Assembly: GCA_030698495.1 (NCBI GenBank)
Contig: JAUYKA010000008.1
Span: 78,895 to 142,894, forward strand
Direction: 5' to 3'
From: a bacterium
GTDB taxonomy: Bacteria > Patescibacteriota > Andersenbacteria > UBA10190
Length of the DNA stretch: 64,000 nucleotides
Shown in pieces: positions 56,571 to 64,000 of this stretch. The notes below the pieces were generated by a model. That model did no database searches. It was given only the letters and a program-made list of their open reading frames with translations, and had not been told where the DNA came from. Numbering within the stretch: the first letter of the stretch is position 1; each line of letters starts with the position of its first letter. Position numbers and translations under genes: made by a program.

Positions 56571-59207
56571 ATGGCTTGGTTAAATTTTATTAATCAACGA
56601 AGCCGCCATGAAAAGGCGGTGGATAAATATAAGCCGGTAGTAGAGAGGATAAACGCTTTGGAGCCGGAATTACAATCTCTGTCGGACAGTGAGTTGAAAG
56701 CGCGCGCGCAAAAATATAAGGGTAAGGATGTTGAAGCAATAAAAAAGGATAAGGATCAGGTTTTTGCTATTGTGCGCGAGGCGGCCAAGCGAAGTTTAAA
56801 AATGCGGCATTTCGACGTGCAGTTGATGGGCGGATTGGCGTTACTCGATCAGGCGATAGCGGAGATGAAAACGGGAGAAGGAAAAACTTTGGTGGCAACC
56901 CTGCCCTTGAGCCTGCACGCCTTAACGGGCAAGGGGGCACATCTGGTGACGGTAAATGATTATTTGAGCAAGCGCGATGCCGAGTGGATGCGGCCGGTTT
57001 ACGAGTTTCTGGGATTAACCGTGGGAGTAATCAGTCCGGGACAGCTGCCGGCGGAAAAACGAGAGGCTTACGCGGCGGATATTACTTACGGTACCAACAA
57101 TGAGTTCGGGTTTGATTATTTACGCGATAATATGGCGGTGCAGGCGGAAAATATGGTGCAAAGGCCGCTCTGGTACGGAATTGTGGATGAGGTGGACAGT
57201 ATTTTGATTGATGAGGCGAGAACACCGCTGATTATTTCGGCGCCGGACATGGAGTCGACGAGAATGTACCAGCAATTCGCTTCTTTAGTCCCGCAGCTAA
57301 AGGAAAATGAAGACTATAATATTGACGAGAAGAGACGGGCGGCGACCTTAACAGATGAGGGCGTGACAAAAGTTGAAGGGTTGTTGGGAGTTGATAATAT
57401 TTACGCGGAGAACGGCATCAGGCAGGTACATCATCTGGAGCAGGCCTTGCGGGCACAGACTTTGTATCACCGCGACAAAGATTATGTGGTGCGCGAGGGG
57501 CAAGTAATAATTGTGGACGAGTTTACCGGACGATTGATGGAGGGCCGGCGCTATTCGGAAGGACTTCATCAGGCCATAGAAGCCAAGGAAAAAGTGAAGG
57601 TGAAGCAGGAGAGCCGGACACTGGCGACAATCACTTTCCAGAATTTTTTCCGTCTTTATCCGTATTTGGCGGGCATGACCGGGACGGCAGTAACATCGGC
57701 CGAGGAGTTTGAAAAAGTTTACAACTTGGATGTGCTGGTGGCGCCGACAAATAAACCGCTGGTGAGAAAAGATTTACCCGACAGAATTTATGTTAACGAA
57801 CAAGCGAAGTTCATGGCTGTTATGAACGAGATAAAACAGCGCAATCAGAAGGGACAGCCAGTGCTGGTGGGCACTATTGCTATTGAAAAGTCGGAATATT
57901 TATCAGCGCTGCTACAGCGGGAGGGAATCAGGCACGAGGTTTTAAATGCCAAACATCATCAGCGCGAAGCAGAAATTATCGCCCAGGCAGGGCAAAAAGG
58001 CGCGGTGACAATTTCTACAAATATGGCCGGACGCGGGACGGATATTAAATTGGGCGAGGGTGTGGTTGATTTAGGCGGGTTATTGGTCATAGGCACGGAG
58101 CGGCATGAAGCACGCCGTATTGACAATCAGTTGCGCGGGCGATCGGGACGGCAAGGCGATCCGGGCGAGACACGGTTTTTTGTCAGTCTGGAAGACGATG
58201 TGATGAGAGTTTTCGGCGGGGACAGGTTAAAGAAAATTATGCAGACGCTGAAGCTGCCGCCGGAAGAAGCAATTGAGAGCCGGATGGTCAATCGGGCACT
58301 GGAAGGAGCGCAGGAGCGGGTGGAAGGTTATTACTTTGATATGCGCAAACAGGTTTTGTCTTACGACGATGTGCTTAACCGCCAGCGCAACGCCATTTAT
58401 ACTTTGCGGCGAGGAGTGATGCTGGAGGGAAAATGGAAAGAAGCAAATAAAGAGGCGGAAGGATTGGCGGAGCATATCGAGTCTTTGCTGGACGAGCAGG
58501 CGCGCCAGCTGGTTTTGATTCACACGGGCGAGGGCGGGCCAGACAGCTGGGATATAGAGGAGATTGCCGAGGCAATGCATTCGCTGACAGGGATTGATAT
58601 CGCGGCGGCGCGGTTGGATTACGAAAAGATTCTAGCGGAACAAAAAATGGGTCCGGAGGAGGCGCGCGAGGCGTTGGTTGATAGGGCGGCGGAACAGCTG
58701 CGGCAAAGGCTTTCGGCGCGAAAGGAAGAATTGGGTAGCGCCACGCTGGAGCAATTGGAGCGGGCAGCAACGATTCGTTCGATTGATATTCACTGGATGG
58801 ATCATTTGGATACAATGGATTACTTGCGTACAGGGATAGGCTTGCGCGGGTACGGCCAGCGCGATCCGCTGGTGGAATACCAGAAGGAAAGCTTTCAGTT
58901 GTTTCGGAATTTGCTGGCGACAATTAAATCCTCAATAGTGGAAGTGGTGTTTAAGGCAGAAGCGGTGAAGCAGGAGGCGGAGCATGGCGTGGCGCGGCAT
59001 GACGAGACTTCGGTTTTGTCAGCGGCGCAATCATCGCCTACGCCAAGCGCCGGCGGTCAGCTGGCAGCAGCCGCGCAGGCAGCCGGTTCGCAGACACTAA
59101 AGAATCCATATAAGGGAGTGGGGAGAAACGACCCATGTCCGTGCGGAGCGACTAAACCGGATGGCACCCCCAAGAAGTTTAAACAATGCCACGGTAGGAA
59201 TACATAG
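56571..59207 (+). CDS. secA: Preprotein translocase ATPase SecA
   Basis: 'EMKTGEGKT', 'VTVNDYL', 'DEVDSILIDEARTPL', 'TNMAGRGTDI', 'GRSGRQGDPG', SEC-C 'GRNDPCPCG...KKFKQCHG'; start ATG 56571. Confidence 0.98.
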   Translation: MAWLNFINQRSRHEKAVDKYKPVVERINALEPELQSLSDSELKARAQKYKGKDVEAIKKDKDQVFAIVREAAKRSLKMRHFDVQLMGGLALLDQAIAEMKTGEGKTLVATLPLSLHALTGKGAHLVTVNDYLSKRDAEWMRPVYEFLGLTVGVISPGQLPAEKREAYAADITYGTNNEFGFDYLRDNMAVQAENMVQRPLWYGIVDEVDSILIDEARTPLIISAPDMESTRMYQQFASLVPQLKENEDYNIDEKRRAATLTDEGVTKVEGLLGVDNIYAENGIRQVHHLEQALRAQTLYHRDKDYVVREGQVIIVDEFTGRLMEGRRYSEGLHQAIEAKEKVKVKQESRTLATITFQNFFRLYPYLAGMTGTAVTSAEEFEKVYNLDVLVAPTNKPLVRKDLPDRIYVNEQAKFMAVMNEIKQRNQKGQPVLVGTIAIEKSEYLSALLQREGIRHEVLNAKHHQREAEIIAQAGQKGAVTISTNMAGRGTDIKLGEGVVDLGGLLVIGTERHEARRIDNQLRGRSGRQGDPGETRFFVSLEDDVMRVFGGDRLKKIMQTLKLPPEEAIESRMVNRALEGAQERVEGYYFDMRKQVLSYDDVLNRQRNAIYTLRRGVMLEGKWKEANKEAEGLAEHIESLLDEQARQLVLIHTGEGGPDSWDIEEIAEAMHSLTGIDIAAARLDYEKILAEQKMGPEEAREALVDRAAEQLRQRLSARKEELGSATLEQLERAATIRSIDIHWMDHLDTMDYLRTGIGLRGYGQRDPLVEYQKESFQLFRNLLATIKSSIVEVVFKAEAVKQEAEHGVARHDETSVLSAAQSSPTPSAGGQLAAAAQAAGSQTLKNPYKGVGRNDPCPCGATKPDGTPKKFKQCHGRNT

Positions 59208-59260
59208 GGCTTAACTTATACATAGCTTACTGAATTAATCTCCGCCGGGTGAACCCTACT

Positions 59261-59411
59261 TAGCCTTACCACTCCTTCCTTCTGGCGGCACACTTGCCCG
59301 CCCCAGCGGCGGGCTGCGCTCGACTTATGGCCTTGCCACTTTGCCCATAAGGCAAAGACCAGGCTGGCAAGGCCATGAGACGGCCGCCAGAAGGAAGGAG
59401 TGGTAAGGCTA
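59261..59411. repeat. Branched palindromic element, copy 2
   Basis: Perfect 29-bp IR (59261-59289 / 59383-59411), core TGCCCGCCCCAGCGGCGG-N6-CTCGACT, 12-bp inner stem. Confidence 0.82.
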
Positions 59412-59544
59412 GGCGCCTGCGGGCGCCACCCGCCGCGATTGTTGGCATAATATGGGTATAATTTATGTAATTAATTAGCGCGGAGCGACCAGGTGATATA
59501 ATGTAAACGTCATGATTTCTTAAATTTTTGCCTATTTTTAATAT

Positions 59545-59750
59545 AAATAAAAAAGACCAGTTACCTATACGCCTTTCGACTTGGTAACTGGTTGGGCTCA
59601 AGGTCAAGCTTCTGCGGGCGATTATTCGTCCGGAGAAGTGGTTACTTAAGCCCGGGAGCGTCTGGAAGGCCTGATCTCCCCACCGAGCTGGCCTTTGTGT
59701 GTTAGCACACAACCTCCAGGCTGGGACTTTCCCATCACTCGGCCTGTGTG
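59545..59750 (-). ncRNA. Candidate structured non-coding RNA (family not recognised)
   Basis: GC-rich structured island between AT-rich flanks; minus-strand stems CTGGA/TCCAG, GGGCTTAAG/CTTGAGCCC, and terminator ACCAGTTACC..GGTAACTGGT-CTTTTTT. Confidence 0.45.
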
Positions 59751-59866
59751 AATATTTATAGATAAAATACAATTAGTCAAGTATATTGCCTAATAAACAT
59801 GGTGGTTAGTTGGGTGTTATACTTTAGCTACTGGGTTCTAATTTTTTTGACCGATTTTAAAAAGAT

Positions 59867-60280
59867 ATGCGTATAGGAATTATTGGCAGCATGAATTTTA
59901 GCGAGAAGATGATTGAAGTGGCCCGCGATTTAGAAAAACTTGGGCACGAGGTAGTGCTGTCAAATTTTGTTAATGATTTTCCCGGAAAGAGCGATGGGGA
60001 GAAAGAAGACATAAAGCTGCAACAAAAGTTTGAGGAAAATGCGATGCGGCGGGATTGGGAGAAAATGAAGGGCACTGATGCGTTGCTGGTAATTAATTTT
60101 GAGAGACACGGAATAGCCAACTACATTGGCGGCAATACTCTTTTTGAGTTGGCAGCAGGATATTTTGGTAGCAAGAAGATTTTTTTTTACAATCCAATTC
60201 CGGATATTAAGTTTTATAAGACGGAGCTGGAGGCGATAGAGCCTGTTGTTATAAATGGTGATTTGAGTAAGATAGTGTAA
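59867..60280 (+). CDS. Hypothetical protein, nucleoside 2-deoxyribosyltransferase-like fold
   Basis: 'IIGSMNF', 'DALLVIN', 'YIGGNTLFELAAG' resemble NDT-like Rossmannoid proteins. Confidence 0.6.
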   Translation: MRIGIIGSMNFSEKMIEVARDLEKLGHEVVLSNFVNDFPGKSDGEKEDIKLQQKFEENAMRRDWEKMKGTDALLVINFERHGIANYIGGNTLFELAAGYFGSKKIFFYNPIPDIKFYKTELEAIEPVVINGDLSKIV

Positions 60281-60291
60281 AAGCATGACGT

Positions 60292-60750
60292 ATGAAGTCT
60301 AATAAAGCTAAATACGCGCCGAGGGATGTTTGGGAACAGATTTTGGAGTGGGCGGTTATTCCGACTTTTGATTTGGTGATTGAGTACGGCGAAAAAGGAA
60401 TTGTTATGGTTAAGAGAAAAATTGCGCCTTATAAAAATCAGTGGGCGCTGCCGGGTTTGCGTATGATGAAGGGTGAGGAAATAAACGATACTTTGGTCAG
60501 AATTGCCAGCCAGGAAGTCGGGTTAAAAATTAATCCAAGGAAAAGGATGTTTTTAGGTCAATATGTAGGAAAGTTTAAAACGGAAAAGCAGAGGCAAGAT
60601 TTGTCTACGGGGTATATGGTTAGAATAGAGGAAAGTCAGCAGATAAAAATCAACTCGGAACATTTTTCGGCTTATAAAATAGTTAAGTCAGCCCCGTCTC
60701 CAATGGGAGCGATGTATAAGTTTTATATAAAAGAGAGTAAGCCTAAATGA
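60292..60750 (+). CDS. NUDIX hydrolase (variant box)
   Basis: 'KRKIAPYKNQWALPGLRMMKGEEINDTLVRIASQEVGL'. Confidence 0.85.
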   Translation: MKSNKAKYAPRDVWEQILEWAVIPTFDLVIEYGEKGIVMVKRKIAPYKNQWALPGLRMMKGEEINDTLVRIASQEVGLKINPRKRMFLGQYVGKFKTEKQRQDLSTGYMVRIEESQQIKINSEHFSAYKIVKSAPSPMGAMYKFYIKESKPK

Positions 60751-60956
60751 TTAAGCTGGGAAAATACAGACACTATAAAGGCAAGGAGTATGAGGTGATT
60801 GGGGTGGCTAAGCACAGTGAGACGTTGGAGGAGTTGGTAGTTTATCGGGCGCTTTATGGGGAGCACCAGATATGGGCACGACCGGTTGTGATGTTTTTGG
60901 AGGAAGTTGAGGTTTATGGTAAGAAGGTTCCTAGGTTTGAGTTTGTTGGTGAATAG
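60747..60956 (+). CDS. DUF1653 family protein
   Basis: 'GKYRHYKGKEYEVIGVAKHSETLEELVVYRALYG..WARP..MF.E.V...PRF'. Confidence 0.92.
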   Translation: MIKLGKYRHYKGKEYEVIGVAKHSETLEELVVYRALYGEHQIWARPVVMFLEEVEVYGKKVPRFEFVGE

Positions 60957-60970
60957 TTTTATATACATAT

Positions 60971-61234
60971 ATGGATAGTCTGGAACAAAGAATACGAGTA
61001 GTGGAAGAAAGAAACCAAAGGGTTGAAGCGGATAAGGCGTGGGAGACTAGCTGGGTGCGCCGGGGATTGTTGATCATATTCACCTACTTGGCGATAGGAG
61101 TGTATATGTGGGCAATTAACATAGCCAGACCATGGCTTAATGCTATTGTGCCGGCAGTGGCATTTATGATTTCGACTCTAACGATGCCGTTTTTCAAGAA
61201 GCTATGGTTAATGGCTAGAGATAGAAAAATGTGA
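60971..61234 (+). CDS. Small hypothetical membrane protein
   Basis: 87 aa; 'RNQRVEADKAWETS' then two TMs. Confidence 0.7.
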   Translation: MDSLEQRIRVVEERNQRVEADKAWETSWVRRGLLIIFTYLAIGVYMWAINIARPWLNAIVPAVAFMISTLTMPFFKKLWLMARDRKM

Positions 61235-61293
61235 GCGGAAGGGAATTTTTTGCTTTTTACGGGTAGGCCGTTATAGTAGAATAATTATAAGGT

Positions 61294-62649
61294 ATGACAC
61301 GAAATAAGAGAAACATTTTGTTTATCGGTTTTCTGGCGGTTTTGACCGGTTTGGCTGTGTGGATTGACATACCTAGTCATCCGAATTTGCGCATCGGCAG
61401 TTTTTATCGTGATTTGGATATTAAGCTAGGACTGGATTTGCTGGGTGGGACTCATTTGGTCTATCGCGCTGATGTGAAGGGGGTAGCGGATAGCGACGTG
61501 GCAGACGCGATGGCAGGGGTGCGGGATGTGATTGAGCATAGGGTAAACGCTTTTGGGGTGGCGGAGCCGGTGGTGCAAACAAACAAGGTGGGTAATGAAG
61601 AGAGGGTGATTGTGGAGTTAGCCGGAGTACATGATCCACAGGAGGCAATAAAACAGATTGGCGAGACGCCGCAATTGGACTTTCGACGGGAGGTAGCGCC
61701 CGACGAGGCGGCGCAACAATATAATATTGATAGCCAAGATGCGGAGAACGCCGGCCCTATTTTTGAGCGCACGCAGCTAACGGGGAAAAATTTAAAGCGG
61801 GCAACGGTGTCTTTTGGGTCGGTGAACGGGACACCGGAGGTCAATCTGGAGTTTGACGGCGAGGGCGCAGACTTATTCGCGCAATTAACCAAGGATAATT
61901 TGCAGAAAAGAATAGCGATTTATCTGGATGGATCGCCAATCAGCGCGCCGGTAGTGCAGTCGGAAATTACTAACGGTAAAGCGGTGATATCCGGCGGTTT
62001 TACTATAGATGAAGCGAAGCAGTTGGCGCAGGGTCTTAACGCCGGCGCCTTGCCGGTGCCGATTGAGTTAATCGGTCAGCAAATAATCGGGCCGACATTG
62101 GGGCAGCGATCTATTGAGCAAAGCGTGGTCGCCGGAGTGTTAGGCTTTATGGCAGTGGTGGTTTGGATGCTTGTTTTTTACCGTCTGCCTGGCCTGGTGG
62201 CTTCGCTAGCTTTGATTGTTTACATGTCCATATTTATGGCGATTATCAAGTTGACGGGAGTGACATTGACTCTGGCCGGAGTGGCCGGGTTTATTCTGTC
62301 TATCGGCATGGCAGTTGATGCCAATGTGCTGATATATGAGCGTTTCCGGGAAAACTTGCGCCAGGGCAAGAATATTATTTACGCAGTTGACAACGGTTTT
62401 GCCGAAGCGTGGAATTCAATCAGGGCGTCGAATATTTCCAGCCTTATTACGGCTCTGATTTTATATGTGTTCGGCACGTCAATCATCAGAGGGTTCGCGG
62501 TGACGTTTAGTATCGGAATTGTATTGTCCATGTTTACGGCTATCACGGTGACCAGTCCGATGCTGGAGACGATATTGCGCGTGAAGTACTTTTGGAAGCC
62601 CTTTTGGTTATCGGCTAAGTCACCGGGTATTAGCGGACCTAAGATATGA
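61294..62649 (+). CDS. secD: Protein translocase subunit SecD
   Basis: 'KLGLDLLGG', 'RVNAFGVAEP', 'AGALPVP', 'GMAVDANVLIYER', 'IRGFAVT'. Confidence 0.97.
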   Translation: MTRNKRNILFIGFLAVLTGLAVWIDIPSHPNLRIGSFYRDLDIKLGLDLLGGTHLVYRADVKGVADSDVADAMAGVRDVIEHRVNAFGVAEPVVQTNKVGNEERVIVELAGVHDPQEAIKQIGETPQLDFRREVAPDEAAQQYNIDSQDAENAGPIFERTQLTGKNLKRATVSFGSVNGTPEVNLEFDGEGADLFAQLTKDNLQKRIAIYLDGSPISAPVVQSEITNGKAVISGGFTIDEAKQLAQGLNAGALPVPIELIGQQIIGPTLGQRSIEQSVVAGVLGFMAVVVWMLVFYRLPGLVASLALIVYMSIFMAIIKLTGVTLTLAGVAGFILSIGMAVDANVLIYERFRENLRQGKNIIYAVDNGFAEAWNSIRASNISSLITALILYVFGTSIIRGFAVTFSIGIVLSMFTAITVTSPMLETILRVKYFWKPFWLSAKSPGISGPKI

Positions 62650-63515
62650 TTACTAAACCTAAATTATGGTTGATGGTTGGTATAGCGACAATCGCGGCCA
62701 GTATTTTAGTCATTGTTATTCTAAGGCTTGATTGGGGGATTGATTTTACGGGAGGGTCTTTATTGGAAGTAACGGCGACAGCGGAAAACTTACCGGCAAT
62801 TCGGACGGAGCTGACCAGCTTGCTTCATGGCGAAGTGAATGTGCAGTCGACACAAAGCGGGTCGGTCATTGTCAGAACGAAAGTTTTAGATAACCAACAG
62901 CATGTAGATATTATCAATGCCCTGCAGGAGAAACAACTGATTGGCGAGGAGTTACGCTTTGAGTCTATCGGTCCGACAATGGGTTCGGAATTACGCCGCA
63001 AGGCCGGGTGGGCGATTGGGTTGGCTGTAATAGCCATGATTGCTTATTTGGCTTATGAATTCCGTCAAGCGGCTGGATTGATAAGTTCATGGAAGTTCGG
63101 AGTGGCGGCGGTGTATGCGCTGGTGCATGATTTACTAGCGGTAACAGCTCTGTTTGCTATTTTAGGACATTGGCTTGGGGTGACGGTGGATGTGTTGTTC
63201 GTGACCGCCATGCTGGCAATATTGGGTTATTCGGTAAACGACACGATTATTTTATTTAATCGCCTGAAGAGCGAGTGGTTGGCAACTAGAAGCGCGGGGT
63301 TAGTGACTGTTATGGATGGCGCGGCTAAAGCGACATTGATGCGTTCTTTAAATACGTCGCTGACAACACTACTGGTGCTGGTGACTTTACTGTTCTTTGG
63401 TGGTGAGACTATTCGTTGGTTTATTGTGGCGCTGGCGGCGGGTACGATTGTAGGGACTTACTCATCGATTTTTGTGGCATCGCCGATTTTGTATTTTTTA
63501 GCGAAGGCCAGATAG
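62646..63515 (+). CDS. secF: Protein translocase subunit SecF
   Basis: 'GIDFTGG', 'IGPTMGSEL', 'HDL', 'GYSVNDTIILFNR', 'RSLNTS', 'GTYSSIFVA'. Confidence 0.97.
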   Translation: MITKPKLWLMVGIATIAASILVIVILRLDWGIDFTGGSLLEVTATAENLPAIRTELTSLLHGEVNVQSTQSGSVIVRTKVLDNQQHVDIINALQEKQLIGEELRFESIGPTMGSELRRKAGWAIGLAVIAMIAYLAYEFRQAAGLISSWKFGVAAVYALVHDLLAVTALFAILGHWLGVTVDVLFVTAMLAILGYSVNDTIILFNRLKSEWLATRSAGLVTVMDGAAKATLMRSLNTSLTTLLVLVTLLFFGGETIRWFIVALAAGTIVGTYSSIFVASPILYFLAKAR

Positions 63516-63521
63516 AAATAT

Positions 63522-64000
63522 ATGGCGCAGCAAAAGGAGCAAACAAATAAGCCTTGGCTTATGGCGTCGAGGTGGCTTCTGGCAGAGGGGCAGCAGCCGC
63601 CTCTAGTGGCGGTCGGATCCAGCCGAGAGGTGTTGGATCAATTAGTTGAGGAGCTGGTCTTGCTTAATGCCTGCTCGGCTGTCACGGAGAGTTATGCTGG
63701 CGGTTTGGCGTGCCGTCAATGCGCGGACTGCGGGCGCGCACTGCGGGGGAATAGTGTTGATGTATTGCGTCTGGAAACAACTAAAAAATCAATCGGGATC
63801 GCGACGGTTCGAGAAGTGTTGCGCCAGGCAAGACAAAAATCATGGGCGAAGAGACGAATGATCGTTGTGCCTAGGGCACATCGCTTGACGGCACCGGCGG
63901 CTAATTCTTTACTTAAATTACTGGAAGAGCCGGCGGAGCAGACAAGAATTATTTTAACCACCAGATGGCCGCGGCGATTACTGTCGACTATTAAGTCACG
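63522..64000 (+). CDS. holB: DNA polymerase III delta' subunit, truncated by window edge
   Basis: Not in ORF track; hand-translated 'ACRQCADC', 'SIGIATVRE', 'AHRLTAPAANSLLKLLEEP', 'LLSTIKS'. Confidence 0.88.
   Translation, partial: MAQQKEQTNKPWLMASRWLLAEGQQPPLVAVGSSREVLDQLVEELVLLNACSAVTESYAGGLACRQCADCGRALRGNSVDVLRLETTKKSIGIATVREVLRQARQKSWAKRRMIVVPRAHRLTAPAANSLLKLLEEPAEQTRIILTTRWPRRLLSTIKS

Noticed and set aside
59545-59750. Calling this RNase P RNA
   Set aside because: Only a partial motif match; too short and lacking the conserved 3' ACAnAA context. Kept as unclassified candidate.
59266-59772. 168-aa minus-strand ORF (and 108-aa ORF at 26644..26970)
   Set aside because: Both run through palindromic elements, have no protein motifs, and are best explained as stop-poor GC-rich repeats.
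1-64000. Alternative genetic code 25 (TGA=Gly)
   Set aside because: Conserved genes end cleanly at TGA (scpA, rpoA, secD) and long ORFs are intact under code 11.

Overview
64 kb of a small-genome bacterial chromosome, standard genetic code (TGA used as stop). The gene set and style suggest Patescibacteria/CPR, Parcubacteria-like (inference): short AlaRS, sigma-region-4/HTH protein, VirD4-like ATPase with CxxC-x17-CxxC tail, PEGA protein, membrane-anchored MurF, many glycosyltransferases. The first 29 kb is a large cell-surface glycosylation region with flippases, GT2/GT4, GT-C-like membrane proteins, an O-antigen-ligase-like protein, a SpoIID-domain protein and a MurF/DegT/FemX module. The rest is housekeeping: scpAB, a DD-carboxypeptidase, mraY-murD-ftsW-murG-murC, alaS, infA-rpmJ-rpsM-rpsK-rpsD-rpoA-rplQ-rplM-rpsI, murA-mreB, hpf-secA, secDF and a partial holB. 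The standout is a self-contained three-gene cassette at 17.57-19.77 kb encoding an E2-like protein, an E1/ThiF enzyme and a ubiquitin-like protein ending VGAKG. It has no JAB peptidase, and it uses Shine-Dalgarno signals in a host whose genes look largely leaderless. The intergenic DNA is unusually structured: several families of 7-nt/9-nt periodic imperfect palindromes, a two-copy branched element with compensatory stem changes, a perfect 32-bp inverted repeat between divergent genes, and two candidate free-standing structured RNAs. No rRNA, tRNA, CRISPR array or transposase was recognised. All calls are by eye from motifs; no searches were run.
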